Of a stretch of DNA of 64,000 nt, positions 29,129-40,534 are shown one piece after another; the stretch's first letter is position 1, and each line of letters begins with the position of its first letter. Under the pieces are notes generated by a model. The model searched no databases and was not told the origin of the DNA. It saw only the letters and a list, made by a program, of their open reading frames with translations. The position numbers and the translations under genes were made by a program. The stretch comes from Acidobacteriota bacterium (GTDB taxonomy: Bacteria > Acidobacteriota > Vicinamibacteria > Fen-336 > JAGNNV01), in contig JAQBHL010000225.1 of assembly GCA_032127745.1 (NCBI GenBank), positions 655 through 64,654 of the forward strand. The letters are read 5' to 3'.

Positions 29129-30495
29129 GCGTGGTTCTCAAGTTCGGCGGAAGCAGCGTGGCCGACGCCGCCTGCATAAGGCGGGTCGCGGAAATCGCGA
29201 AGGGGGCGCTCGACCGAAGCCCGATAGTGGTTCTCTCGGCCATGGGCAAGACCACCGACGCTTTGTTCGCGGCCGCCCAGACCGCCGAACGCGGCGACAC
29301 CGAGGGGGCGCTCGGGGCCCTTCGCAACATGGTCGAAGGACATGGCCAGACCTGTTCTGATCTGTGGGGGAACGACCGGCCCGCGGATCTCCAGGCTTTC
29401 ATCGTGGCCGCCACCACCCAGCTCGACATGCTTCTGCGCGGCGTCTCCTTGCTTCGGGAACTGTCCGCGCGCAGCCGCGACGCCATCGTGTCCTTCGGCG
29501 AACTGCTGAGCTCGCAGATTCTGGCCGCCTTCCTTCACTCGGAGGGTGTTTCCACTTCGTGGCTCGACGTGCGGCGGGTCATGCGCACCGACGCCCGTTT
29601 CGGGAGTGCCGAGCCGCAGACGTCTCAGATCGCGGGGCTCGCGAAGACGGACCTGGCCCCCCTCATGGGTCCCGGCCGGATCGTGGTCACCCAGGGGTAT
29701 GTGGGAGCTACCAGGGACGGCATCACCACCACTCTGGGCCGCGGCGGTAGCGATTACTCCGCCTCCATCCTCGGGGCCGCGATCGGCGCGGATGAAGTTC
29801 AGATATGGACCGATGTCGAGGGCATTCTGACCGCGGACCCGCGGATGGTGCCTGAAGCCTCCCCTATCCTCGATCTGAGCTTCCGGGAGGCCGCGGAGCT
29901 TGCGGCCTTCGGGGCCAAGGTCCTTCATCCGGCGACCATTCAACCAGCGGTGGAGGCCGACATTCCGGTGACCGTGCGCCACACCCTGCGGCCTTTCGGC
30001 AGGTTCTCCACCATCACCGCGAAGGGCGGAACCGGCTCGCCGCGGCCCGCCACCGCCATCGCCAGCCGGAGCCCGATTCAGGTCATCACCATCGAGAGCA
30101 CGAGGATGCTGGCCCAGAGCGGCTTCCTGGCCCGCATCTTCGAGGTGTTCGGCCGTCTGGGCACATCGGTCGACGTGGTGGCAACCGCCGAGGTCAGTGT
30201 GTCCCTGACCGTGGAGGCGAGCGCCCCGGTTGAGGCGATCCAGAAGGAGCTGAGTGCTTTCGCCCGGGTTAGCATCGCTCCCGACCGCGCCCTCGTGGCC
30301 GTGGTGGGCGAGAGACTCAAGCACACTCCGGGTCTGGCCGCGCGTGTCTTCGGGGCCCTGTCTTCGATCAACGTGGAGATGATCTCGATGGGCAGCAATG
30401 AGATCAACCTGAGTCTCGTGGTGGAGCGCCGGGAAGAAGCGGCCGCGGTGCGTCTCCTCCACCAGGCCCTGTTCGCCGCGCAAGGATCCAGATGA
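29125..30495 (+). CDS. lysC: Aspartate kinase
   Basis: ATGA overlap with asd. The sequence MSVVLKFGGSSVAD... is followed by the C-terminal ACT domains. Confidence 0.9.
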   Translation: MSVVLKFGGSSVADAACIRRVAEIAKGALDRSPIVVLSAMGKTTDALFAAAQTAERGDTEGALGALRNMVEGHGQTCSDLWGNDRPADLQAFIVAATTQLDMLLRGVSLLRELSARSRDAIVSFGELLSSQILAAFLHSEGVSTSWLDVRRVMRTDARFGSAEPQTSQIAGLAKTDLAPLMGPGRIVVTQGYVGATRDGITTTLGRGGSDYSASILGAAIGADEVQIWTDVEGILTADPRMVPEASPILDLSFREAAELAAFGAKVLHPATIQPAVEADIPVTVRHTLRPFGRFSTITAKGGTGSPRPATAIASRSPIQVITIESTRMLAQSGFLARIFEVFGRLGTSVDVVATAEVSVSLTVEASAPVEAIQKELSAFARVSIAPDRALVAVVGERLKHTPGLAARVFGALSSINVEMISMGSNEINLSLVVERREEAAAVRLLHQALFAAQGSR

Positions 30496-31217
30496 AGGTC
30501 GGCCTCTTCGGTCGGGGGCGTCTCGCCTCCGCCATCGCCGCCCATGGTGGCGACACCGTGGTCTGGAAGCTTGGACGCCACGACCCTCCCCCCGAGAACG
30601 CGAGGGTGGATGCCGCGATTGACGCCTCGACGGGCAGCGCGGTGGAGGCGCACCTCCATTGGGCGCTCGAGCATGGCGTCGATCTCATCATCGGAGCCAC
30701 CGGTTGGTCGATCCCCGATCTCCAAACCCGCGTGGGGCAGAGGATCGGTTTGGTGGTGGCTCCGAACTTCTCTCTCTCGGTGGCGCTTTACGCGCGTCTC
30801 ACACTGGTCATGGCGCGGTTCGCCGCTCTCGATCCGGGGCGCGACCCCTACATCGTCGAACATCATCACGCCCGCAAGAAGGATGCGCCCTCGGGAACGG
30901 CGAAACTTCTGGCTGGTGTCATCCTGAAGGGGTGTCCGCGCAAGACGGAGTGGACGCTTCAGGGTCCGGGCGAGCTCAAGGAGCACCAGTTGAGCGTCTC
31001 CGCCATTCGCGCTGGGCACACCTACAGCTCTCACATCGTGGGCATCGACGCTCCCGCCGAAACCCTCGAGTTGCATCACGCCTCTCGTTCCGCCATGGCG
31101 TACGCGGACGGCGCCTTGCGGGTAGCCGCCTGGGTTCAAGGACGCAAGGGTGTTTTCACCATGGACCAGTTTGCCGAAGAGGCACTCGATCCGCTTTTCA
31201 AAGAGGTCCGACCGTGA
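30492..31217 (+). CDS. dapB: 4-hydroxy-tetrahydrodipicolinate reductase
   Basis: ATGA overlap. The EHHHARKKDAPSGTA signature is present. Confidence 0.85.
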   Translation: MKVGLFGRGRLASAIAAHGGDTVVWKLGRHDPPPENARVDAAIDASTGSAVEAHLHWALEHGVDLIIGATGWSIPDLQTRVGQRIGLVVAPNFSLSVALYARLTLVMARFAALDPGRDPYIVEHHHARKKDAPSGTAKLLAGVILKGCPRKTEWTLQGPGELKEHQLSVSAIRAGHTYSSHIVGIDAPAETLELHHASRSAMAYADGALRVAAWVQGRKGVFTMDQFAEEALDPLFKEVRP

Positions 31218-32101
31218 ACGCCGATTTTTCCGGGCTTGCCGTCGCTCTCGCCACACCCTTCACCGCGTCCGGCGAAATCGACCTGAAGGCGTTCCGGGCT
31301 CTGGTCCGGCACGTGGCCGGAGGTGGAGCGGATGTCCTGGTCGTGCTCGGCTCCACCGGCGAGGGCGCGACCATCGCCGAGGACGAGCGGGACCCGTTGA
31401 TCGCGGCCTGCCTGGAGGAGGCGGGGGGGAAGAAGGTGGTGGCAGGCACCGGGCACAACTCCACGCGCCAGACCGTGGCCTGGACCAGGCGGGCACAGGA
31501 ACTGGGCGCGCACGGCGCTCTGATCGTCACGCCCTTCTACAACAAGCCGACCCCCCAGGGACTGGTCGCCCACTTCAAAGCCGCGGCCGATGGGGCGCCC
31601 GGGCTTCCGTTCATCGTCTACAACGTTCCCGGCCGCACTGGTCTGAACCTCACCCCGACCGCGCTCCAGCTCCTCTGGCAGAACCCTCAGGTGGTGGCGG
31701 TGAAGGAATCTAGCGGGAACGTGGCCCAGGTCAGCGAAGTATCGCGCACTCTCCCCAAGGGCAAGACCCTTCTCTCCGGGGACGACAACCTCGCCCTGGC
31801 CTCGATCGCGGTGGGCGCCCATGGGCTGGTCTCCGTGCTTGGAAACATGTTCCCCGGGGAAACCAAACAGCTGGTCGAAGCCGCGCGGGCGGGAAGGCGC
31901 GAGGAAGCGGTGGCCCTCAACCATCGCTTGCTGCCGTTGATCGACGCGCTGTTCGTCGAGAGCAATCCGATTCCCCTGAAGGCCGGTCTGAAGATGCTCG
32001 GCCTGGGGGAGGACCATGTTCGCCTGCCCCTGACCACGGCCACCGAAACCACCCGAACCCGCCTCAAGGAAGCGCTGGCCCAGGCCGGCATCAAAGTCTA
32101 G
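31214..32101 (+). CDS. dapA: 4-hydroxy-tetrahydrodipicolinate synthase
   Basis: GTG start in a GTGA overlap with dapB. The sequence LATPFTASGEIDL...VLGSTGE...VKES (Schiff-base Lys) is characteristic. Confidence 0.85.
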   Translation: MNADFSGLAVALATPFTASGEIDLKAFRALVRHVAGGGADVLVVLGSTGEGATIAEDERDPLIAACLEEAGGKKVVAGTGHNSTRQTVAWTRRAQELGAHGALIVTPFYNKPTPQGLVAHFKAAADGAPGLPFIVYNVPGRTGLNLTPTALQLLWQNPQVVAVKESSGNVAQVSEVSRTLPKGKTLLSGDDNLALASIAVGAHGLVSVLGNMFPGETKQLVEAARAGRREEAVALNHRLLPLIDALFVESNPIPLKAGLKMLGLGEDHVRLPLTTATETTRTRLKEALAQAGIKV

Positions 32102-32109
32102 GGCGTCTC

Positions 32110-32925
32110 ATGGATCTTCAGACTCTCCAAGCCTTCTACGAGCGTCCTCCGGCCGAGGCCGCGGCGGATCCGCGGTGGCCGGAAGCGCACGCCGCCCTGT
32201 TGCTGGGCCTCGAGTCGGGCCGGCTGCGATCCGCCGAGCCGGATGGTTCCGGAGACTGGCGGGTCAACCTCTGGGTGAAGCAGGCCATCCTCGCCGGGTT
32301 TCGGGCCACCCGGATGGTGGAGTTGCCCGGTCCCGGGTTTCCCTTCATCGACAAGACCGCTTTCCCGCCGCGCGCGTTTTCGCTGGACGAGGGGGTGCGC
32401 ATGGTCCCGGGCGGATCGAGCGTGCGCCGGGGCTCGTTCATCGCGGCGGGCGTGACTGTGATGCCGCCCGCCTTCATCAACATGGGCGCCTTCGTGGACG
32501 AAGGAACCATGGTGGATTCGCACGCGCTCGTGGGCTCGTGCGCGCAGATCGGGAAGCGGGTCCACCTCTCCGCCGCCGCGCAGATCGGCGGCGTGCTGGA
32601 GCCGGCGGGAGCCCGCCCGGTCATCATCGAGGACGATGCCTTCGTCGGGGGCCTGGTGGGGGTGTTCGAAGGGGTGCGGGTGCGTCAGGGCGCGGTGCTG
32701 GCGAGCGGCGTGGTCCTGACCGCCTCCACCGTGATCCACGACCTGGTCCTCGAGCGCGAGTGGACGCTGGAGGTCCCGGAGGGCGCGGTGGTGGTGCCGG
32801 GATCGCGACCGGCCCGGGGCGGCTTCGCGGATTCGCGCGGACTTCACCTCGCCACCGCGGTGATCGTGAAGTATCGGGATGCCCGAACCGACGCCGCCAC
32901 CGCGCTCGAAACCGCGCTCCGGTAG
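32110..32925 (+). CDS. dapD: Tetrahydrodipicolinate N-succinyl(acyl)transferase
   Basis: A hexapeptide-repeat fold is present, and ...NMGAFVDEGTMVDSHALVGSCAQIGKRVHLSAAAQIGGVLEP closely parallels E. coli DapD. Confidence 0.85.
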   Translation: MDLQTLQAFYERPPAEAAADPRWPEAHAALLLGLESGRLRSAEPDGSGDWRVNLWVKQAILAGFRATRMVELPGPGFPFIDKTAFPPRAFSLDEGVRMVPGGSSVRRGSFIAAGVTVMPPAFINMGAFVDEGTMVDSHALVGSCAQIGKRVHLSAAAQIGGVLEPAGARPVIIEDDAFVGGLVGVFEGVRVRQGAVLASGVVLTASTVIHDLVLEREWTLEVPEGAVVVPGSRPARGGFADSRGLHLATAVIVKYRDARTDAATALETALR

Positions 32926-32928
32926 TCC

Positions 32929-34890
32929 TCAGCCGACGTGGATGCGGGGCCGATGCTCCGGATTTGGGACGGCGCGCCGCAGGACCTCCTGGGTGACGGG
33001 CGCGGTGTCGCCCTCCCCAAGAAAGATGTACTTCAGGACGTAGGAAATGGGGTTGCCCTCCGTCCAGCCGAAATAGGCGTGAGCCGTCCTGCCGGATCGC
33101 TTCTGGGCCTCGATCAGGATCGCGGCAATGGCGTTGGGAATGGCGGGAGAAACGCAGCGCAGAATGCGATGACCGCCGATCCGAACCGCTCGCACCTCCA
33201 GCTCGTCCTTGATGAAACTCGACGCGTCTCCCTGCGTCACCTCGAGAAAGACGATGGGCTCTCCGGCATCGAGTGCGTGGTCTTCCCGGGCCCGGCGTTC
33301 CTTGCCCGCGTACTCGTCCATGGCCTGCCGGTCGGGCCGATGCGCGATGATGCGCACCGGTTGGGGAGCCAGGGCATCGAGAAACTCCGAGGCCTTGGGC
33401 GAGAAACGGACGGTCTCGATGCGCAGCTCGGTGGAGCGCTGAAAGCGGGACAGGATCGAGAGGAAGACGATCCCCCCGATGAAGAGCAGAGAAATCGCGA
33501 GCCCCATGGGAGCGTTGATCACCACGGTGAGGGTGGTGTAGGCGAAGACCAGGGCCATCCCCGTGTAGATCCACTTGGAGTCGTTCTCCCGCCATTTCTG
33601 GATGGCCACGGCCAGGGCCGCCGAACTCATCATGGCCAGGACTCCGGTGCCGTAGGCATCGCCCTGGGCCTTGACGCTGGCGTCGAAGAACCAGGTGACC
33701 ACCAGGGTGATGAAGGTGAAGACCAGCACCAGGGGGCGGGTGGCCCGGGCCCAGTCGGGCGCCATTCCGTAGGGAGGCAGATACTGGGGCACCAGGTTGA
33801 GGAGGCCGGCCATGGCGGAGGCGCCGGCGAACCAGAGGATGGCGATGGTCACCATGTCGTAGAACGTGCCGAATCCATCCCCGAAGAACTGATGAGCCAG
33901 GAAGGCGAGGGCGCGGTCGTGCGCTTTCCCGCCCGGCTGGTGAGCCTCCATGGGAATCAGGAGCGTGGTCGCGAACGAGGACGCGATCAGGGCCACGCTC
34001 ATGATGAGCGCAGCCATGAGCAAAAGCTTGCGCGCGTTTCGAATTCGCCCCCGAGGGGTCTCTTCGGTGTCCGCGGCATCGCCTCTTACCAGGGGCATCA
34101 CCTGCACTCCGGTTTCGAAACCGGAGAGCCCAAGGGCGATGCGCGGGAAGACGAGAAGGCCGACCAGGAACGCGGAGCCCAGGCCTCCATGCGACGACAT
34201 GACGTTGACCGTCCAGTTCTCCACGAGTTCGGGATGCCTCCCGATTTCCAGGAACGCGCGGCCGAGGACCACGGTGTTGGCCAGCAGATAGGCGGCCACG
34301 ATGAAGACCGCAACCCCGATCGCCTCATGCAGGCCCTTGAGAAACACGCCGCCCAGGCCGATCAGCAGCAGACCGGTCACGATCACTTCATGGTGCTGGA
34401 GAAACCCCGGGGTGTACGGGTTCTCCACGATGTGGGCGGTGGCGTCGGCGGCCGACAGGGTCATGGTGATGATGTAGGCGGTGAAGGTGAAGCCCAAGAG
34501 GACGAGGACGAGGGCCTTGCCCCTCCACCGGGTGAGCAGGTGTTCCAGCATGGACACACTTCCGCGCCCGTGGGGGGAATAGTGCGCCACCTGCCGGTAG
34601 ACGGGGAGAGCGACGAAGAGGGTCACCAGGACGAGGATGCTGGTGGCAATCGGGGAGAGGGCCCCCGCGGCCAGAATGGCGATGCCGGGCTGGTAGCCGA
34701 GAGTGGAGAAGTAGTCGACGCCGGTGAGGCACATGACCTGCCACCAGGGGGCGGTGGGTTTCTCGGCCGAAGGATCGTCGCGGCCCTTCATCAGCCACTC
34801 CCCGAGCCATCGTCCGTCGGCCGCCGGCCTGCCGCTTCCGGCGAGGGCCCCGCGAGCGATCGTCGGATCGCTCTCGTTCATTTCACTCAT
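32929..34890 (-). CDS. APC-superfamily amino acid permease with ~200-aa C-terminal cytoplasmic extension
   Basis: There are about 12 TM helices. The C-terminal soluble domain is of unknown type. The true start may be an internal Met (MKGRDD...). Confidence 0.6.
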   Translation of the reverse strand: MSEMNESDPTIARGALAGSGRPAADGRWLGEWLMKGRDDPSAEKPTAPWWQVMCLTGVDYFSTLGYQPGIAILAAGALSPIATSILVLVTLFVALPVYRQVAHYSPHGRGSVSMLEHLLTRWRGKALVLVLLGFTFTAYIITMTLSAADATAHIVENPYTPGFLQHHEVIVTGLLLIGLGGVFLKGLHEAIGVAVFIVAAYLLANTVVLGRAFLEIGRHPELVENWTVNVMSSHGGLGSAFLVGLLVFPRIALGLSGFETGVQVMPLVRGDAADTEETPRGRIRNARKLLLMAALIMSVALIASSFATTLLIPMEAHQPGGKAHDRALAFLAHQFFGDGFGTFYDMVTIAILWFAGASAMAGLLNLVPQYLPPYGMAPDWARATRPLVLVFTFITLVVTWFFDASVKAQGDAYGTGVLAMMSSAALAVAIQKWRENDSKWIYTGMALVFAYTTLTVVINAPMGLAISLLFIGGIVFLSILSRFQRSTELRIETVRFSPKASEFLDALAPQPVRIIAHRPDRQAMDEYAGKERRAREDHALDAGEPIVFLEVTQGDASSFIKDELEVRAVRIGGHRILRCVSPAIPNAIAAILIEAQKRSGRTAHAYFGWTEGNPISYVLKYIFLGEGDTAPVTQEVLRRAVPNPEHRPRIHVG

Positions 34891-35001
34891 TGGCGGGTCC
34901 GAGCATAGCGAATCCTGCGGTCCCGCTCGGTGGAGCCGGCGGCGGTCTCGAATCGGACGGGTGGTCTGGAAGTCCTTCCCAGGAAGGCGAAAGCCCGGCC
35001 T

Positions 35002-35877
35002 TCAGCGACGCTCGAAGACCATTATGTCGTGGCTCATGGTCACGCTCATGAGGGTGAGCCCCTCCACGGCAGCGCGCTCGCTCTGCCTGAACCCTCGGTA
35101 GGTAGCGATCAGGAGATCTCGAAGATCGGAGGGTTCGAGCTTCCGGATTTCACGAACCGCCATCCTGTCCGCCAGCGTGAATCGCGGCGCCAGTGCCTCA
35201 CCCACCCTGGCCCCGCGCCACTTTTCGACCTTGGCCCCCTGGATCCGTTCGCGCAGCTCGATCAGGTCGTCGGGGCCGGGAACGGCCATGAGGACGAGAC
35301 CCTGCTTGGTCAAAACCCTCTCGAATTCGGGCGCGTTCACGCGGGAGTCGATGGAGGTGACGATGTCGAACGAGTCGCCGGCGTAGGGGAGGGCACGGTC
35401 GGCGTTCGCCAAGACGAACAGAACCTCCGGCGATGCCTTGGCCGCGAGCTGGATCGACGGCGGCGAAATGTCCACACCGTGGCGTTCCAGATCGGGAAGC
35501 GAGGCGAGGGCACGGAGGAACCCACCCTCGCCGCATCCGACGTCCAGAAGCGAAGCCGGGCCTTGACTCCACCGGCGGCGAACCACCTGGGCCAGGGCCT
35601 GCTGGGCGGGATCGGTGTGACCCCGGGTCGCGAGTCGGCGCCTGGCCTGCGCCGCTTCGCGAGAGTCGCCCGGATTTTTCGACCGGCGGTCCTGGGGCTG
35701 CAGAAGATTGAGGAAGCCGTAGCGGTGTCGATCGAACGCATGACCCCGGGGGCAGGCCCAGGTCGAGTCTCCGCGATTCAGCGATTGCCCGCACCCTCGA
35801 ACCGGACAGCGGAGGACCACTCTCATCGCCGCCGTTCCCCTCGCCCCGGTGGAGCCCGGCGGGCGAGTCTTTGTCAT
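35002..35877 (-). CDS. rlmA: 23S rRNA (guanine745-N1)-methyltransferase RlmA-like
   Basis: An N-terminal Zn ribbon CPVRGCG...CPRGHAFD is present. GFLNLLQPQDRRSKNPGDSREAAQARR parallels E. coli RlmA, and MT motif I is LLDVGCGEGGF. The start is either the ATG at 35877, which abuts the upstream TAG, or 35826. Confidence 0.75.
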   Translation of the reverse strand: MTKTRPPGSTGARGTAAMRVVLRCPVRGCGQSLNRGDSTWACPRGHAFDRHRYGFLNLLQPQDRRSKNPGDSREAAQARRRLATRGHTDPAQQALAQVVRRRWSQGPASLLDVGCGEGGFLRALASLPDLERHGVDISPPSIQLAAKASPEVLFVLANADRALPYAGDSFDIVTSIDSRVNAPEFERVLTKQGLVLMAVPGPDDLIELRERIQGAKVEKWRGARVGEALAPRFTLADRMAVREIRKLEPSDLRDLLIATYRGFRQSERAAVEGLTLMSVTMSHDIMVFERR

Positions 35878-37422
<1,545 letters not shown>

Positions 37423-37438
37423 GCTCGGTGAACCCCGG

Positions 37439-37678
37439 CTAATTGGGAAGACGACCGCACTGAACGGCCCCGCAAGGGGGGCCTTCGCCGCATCCCCCAG
37501 AGGAAGGCTGGTGTTCTCCTCGGGCCGCCTGTCCGCCCGTGGAGACGGCGAAGGTCGAGAGGAGTCGGGTGACGTCTTTGGTCCCGCAGCTCGGACAGTC
37601 TGGCTGGTCATTGAAGGTGCGGGCGTACCGCTCGAAGGGCCGGGCGCACTGTGAACAGCGATATTCGTAAAGAGGCAT
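37439..37678 (-). CDS. FmdB-family zinc-ribbon protein
   Basis: The N-terminus [16 protein letters not shown]...CPSCG is the canonical FmdB N-terminus. Confidence 0.7.
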   Translation of the reverse strand: MPLYEYRCSQCARPFERYARTFNDQPDCPSCGTKDVTRLLSTFAVSTGGQAARGEHQPSSGGCGEGPPCGAVQCGRLPN

Positions 37679-37953
37679 GGGTAAAGTGCGATCAAGGATC
37701 AGGGAAGAGCGGTCTTCCCAGTGGTCGTGCGCGATCATGATATCGCTGACGCGCTTTCACCACGGACTGCTGGTGTCCCGCCTCGTAAGTACGTGGCACA
37801 TGCGAGGGTCGAGGCGCCCGGAGCGCAAGGCGCCGAGGAGGCCGCATATCCAGCATAGGCAAGGAGCGCGAAGCCTGCCCTCGGGGCACGAGCGACGCCG
37901 GGATCCGGGATGCATCGGCGCTCCCAGGTGACGCGTACTTGCGAGGCCGAACA

Positions 37954-39288
37954 CTAGGGAATGATCATCCTGAGCAGGGGGCTGGGCGGGCTCTCATTGC
38001 CGCCCTTGTCCACCGCGGTGACTTCATAGGTTCGGGGGCCGGGCGTCAGCCGCAGGTCGCGCACGCGCAGGAGCAGGCCCTCGGTCTGGATGATCATGGC
38101 CCGGGCCTCCCACTCCGCGGTCCGGTAGATGCGATAGAAGTCGACATCGCCCGAGGACGAGGGCAGCCAGGACAACTCGATGAAACTGTCCCCGATATCG
38201 CCCAGCAGACGTTCAGGAGGCTCGGGAGGGATCAGGTCCTTGACCTCGAGACAGACCGGTTCGGTAGGCGCGCTCTCCACCAGAGGCTTGATGGAGCTGG
38301 CGTACCGGAGGGAGTAGCAGGCTGTTTCGCCCGACTTCGGAGACGTGTCCAGCCACGACGAAGCCTGAAGAGGCTCGCGCGCGAGGCGGAGAGTCCCATC
38401 CGTCCGGAAGATGCGAATGGCGGTGGGGAGAACGGGCTTGGGGGTGGGGGACGGAGTCGAGAGCGGGCGGGCGGCGGGTGCCGCCGCGGGGGAGCCCAGA
38501 GGCTCCGCTCCCGAATCTGGAGGGGAGAGGGGTGCCGGTAATGGGCTCGATGGTGTGGCGTCGGGGGTCGGCGTGGGGGCGGGCGTGGGCGTCGGCGTGG
38601 GGGCGGGCGTGGGCGTCGGCGTTGGGGCGGGGGTCTCGAACGCGGTCTCGCTCTGAGACGTTACGGGCTGGAGAGGGGCCGTTGATTCGGAAATGTCGGG
38701 GGCTGGAGTGAGAGGCGCCGCCGGGACCCCCAGGGACAACTGAGGCGAGGGGCTCGGTGAAGGCGTTGTGGCGGGCGTCGCAGTCGGCCAGGGTTCGGCG
38801 CCCTCTGGATTGGTCCAGGAAAGTTCGACTCCGGCTGGAAGGTTCCGGGCCTGAACGCCGGTGGGCGGGGCGGGAATCGGGGCGGGCTTGAAGGCGGCGG
38901 GCGGGGCCAGGCTCGACCGGGCCTTCCCGTTGTAGGCACGGACGGAGAACCTCACGTCGGCCGCGGGGATCGGAAAGGTCTTGATCCGAAGCTCGCCCGG
39001 AGCGACCTCCTCACGGAGAATGGGCACGGCGAACTTTCCGAAGTCTCCACTCGCCGGGGCCTGAAACCATTCGAGCCCGATGACGGGCAGGGGCCGGTTC
39101 TGGGTGGTGGTGCGCGGGGCGATGATCCGGATCTGGACCGAATCACCCTGCTGGGACACTTCGAGCCCCGAGGGGGGTTGCGGGTTCTTCAGGTACGGTG
39201 CCAGGGGGTCGGCGCGCTTCCCGCAGCCAGGCGATGCACCCAGGGCCAGGGTCATGAGAATGGGAAGAGGCAGGGCGCGACGACGCAT
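37954..39288 (-). CDS. Putative lipoprotein with fibronectin-III-like domains and Pro/Thr-rich linker
   Basis: The signal peptide ends LALGASPGC. Beta-rich Fn3-like segments are present, and the centre contains (TPAPTPTP)x3. Confidence 0.6.
   Translation of the reverse strand: MRRRALPLPILMTLALGASPGCGKRADPLAPYLKNPQPPSGLEVSQQGDSVQIRIIAPRTTTQNRPLPVIGLEWFQAPASGDFGKFAVPILREEVAPGELRIKTFPIPAADVRFSVRAYNGKARSSLAPPAAFKPAPIPAPPTGVQARNLPAGVELSWTNPEGAEPWPTATPATTPSPSPSPQLSLGVPAAPLTPAPDISESTAPLQPVTSQSETAFETPAPTPTPTPAPTPTPTPAPTPTPDATPSSPLPAPLSPPDSGAEPLGSPAAAPAARPLSTPSPTPKPVLPTAIRIFRTDGTLRLAREPLQASSWLDTSPKSGETACYSLRYASSIKPLVESAPTEPVCLEVKDLIPPEPPERLLGDIGDSFIELSWLPSSSGDVDFYRIYRTAEWEARAMIIQTEGLLLRVRDLRLTPGPRTYEVTAVDKGGNESPPSPLLRMIIP
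38570..38641. repeat. Three tandem copies of a 24-nt unit ggcgtgggggcgggcgtgggcgtc (third copy imperfect)
   Basis: The repeat was read directly. It encodes the TPAPTPTP repeats of the lipoprotein. Confidence 0.7.
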
Positions 39289-39313
39289 GGCGTCTCGATA
39301 GTATAGGCAGGCG

Positions 39314-39709
39314 ATGGGGTTTCCCTCTCTGCGTGCGCTGGCGGTTCTGGGAGGAATCTACGATCTGGCCCTCTCCTTTCCCATGATGCTGATCCCGGAG
39401 CTGACCGCTCGTCTTTTCGGCGCCCCTCCGCCAACCCCGGTGCTCAACGCGCAGCTCAACGGTCTTTTCGCCCTGACCCTGGCCCTGGGGTATTTCTGGT
39501 GCGCGCAGGACGTGGAGGAGCGCCGCGGTTATTTGTGGGTGGCCGGGGTGTTCGTGAAGCTGGCGGGGGCGGCGCTGTTCATCGGCGACCATTTCCTCCG
39601 CGGCTCGCCGTCGTCGTTCCTGATCTTTGCCGCCACCGATGGGTCGATCGGCGTGGTCACTCTTTGGGCTCTGATCCGGACTAGTAGGCGTTCGTCTGCA
39701 CGCGCTTGA
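39314..39709 (+). CDS. Small hydrophobic membrane protein (hypothetical)
   Basis: The ORF encodes 131 aa with 3-4 predicted TM helices. It is antisense to its neighbours and overlaps the convergent gene by 29 nt. Confidence 0.4.
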   Translation: MGFPSLRALAVLGGIYDLALSFPMMLIPELTARLFGAPPPTPVLNAQLNGLFALTLALGYFWCAQDVEERRGYLWVAGVFVKLAGAALFIGDHFLRGSPSSFLIFAATDGSIGVVTLWALIRTSRRSSARA

Positions 39710-40517
39710 GCAGGTCGTCCCTGGTGAGCTTGCCGGCGACGAAGGCGTCCAGATCGGCTTTCTGAGCCTTGACGATCACCGTGCGCGCGGGCCGGGCGCG
39801 AACCCAGGGCTGGGGGCGGGACACAAGATCCACTGAGGCGGTCACCATGTCGCCCGGCTGCAGCGATCTCAGGAGAGCACCGTCCTCGAGAATGGTGGTG
39901 ACGAGCGCGTCCTTCACGTCCTTCTCAACCTGCTCGGGGGGGCGGTTGTCCTCGACCACCTCTTCGAGGAGGAGCGTCCAGGGCACGGGAAAACTCGTGG
40001 TCACCGTCGATTCGGAGAGTCCCGGCCTGAGTTCGGACATGAGCTGACGCTCGGCATCGGCGAAGGCGGCGTCGGCCTGAGCACGCATGCGCTCCGCTTC
40101 CTTGCGGGTTTCGCGAATGCGAGCTTCGAGATTGGTGAGGTCGCTCGGTCTCTTGATGACGCGGAGCTCGAGGCCTTCGGGGGCGGCATGGCGAGCCCCG
40201 GATACGGACAACTCGGGGGCCGGTTCATCGGGCCGGGGCGCGGACCTTCGGGGCAGCGCCCTCGCCGGGAGCAAGAAGACGGCGCCCACGCCATCGAGAT
40301 AGACGGAACGGGTTTCGGGAATGCCGGACATGAAGGCCATGGGTTCGGCCGGCCGGCAGGCGGCGGCGAGGTTCTGCTCCAGCCGCGCGGAGAAGCGCTG
40401 CAGTTCGACCCGGCGGTCCACCAGACGCTGTTCTGCGGGAGACCGGTCGACCGGCCCGGCCGGGGTGTTTGCGGCCGCGGTCTGAACCGCGAGGGCGAGG
40501 GCGAGGGTGGTCAGCAT
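39681..40517 (-). CDS. Secreted hypothetical protein
   Basis: The signal peptide is MLTTLALALAVQTAAA. The gene is the last in the ECF sigma operon. Confidence 0.5.
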   Translation of the reverse strand: MLTTLALALAVQTAAANTPAGPVDRSPAEQRLVDRRVELQRFSARLEQNLAAACRPAEPMAFMSGIPETRSVYLDGVGAVFLLPARALPRRSAPRPDEPAPELSVSGARHAAPEGLELRVIKRPSDLTNLEARIRETRKEAERMRAQADAAFADAERQLMSELRPGLSESTVTTSFPVPWTLLLEEVVEDNRPPEQVEKDVKDALVTTILEDGALLRSLQPGDMVTASVDLVSRPQPWVRARPARTVIVKAQKADLDAFVAGKLTRDDLLKRVQTNAY

Positions 40518-40534
40518 GTCCAGTCGGGACGGGA

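Noticed and set aside
30659-31213. 5' extension of the dapA ORF overlapping dapB
   Set aside because: dapA starts at the GTG at 31214 (GTGA overlap). The upstream part has no DapA similarity.
32938-34908. 656-aa + strand ORF
   Set aside because: It is antisense to the permease, whose 12 TM helices are unmistakable. The product is Gly/Arg/Glu-rich junk.
38411-38711. Possible CRISPR-like or repeat array on the + strand (ORFs 38411..38656 and 38478..38711)
   Set aside because: The repeats are 24-nt coding tandem repeats for a Pro-Thr linker on the - strand. There are no spacers or CRISPR architecture.
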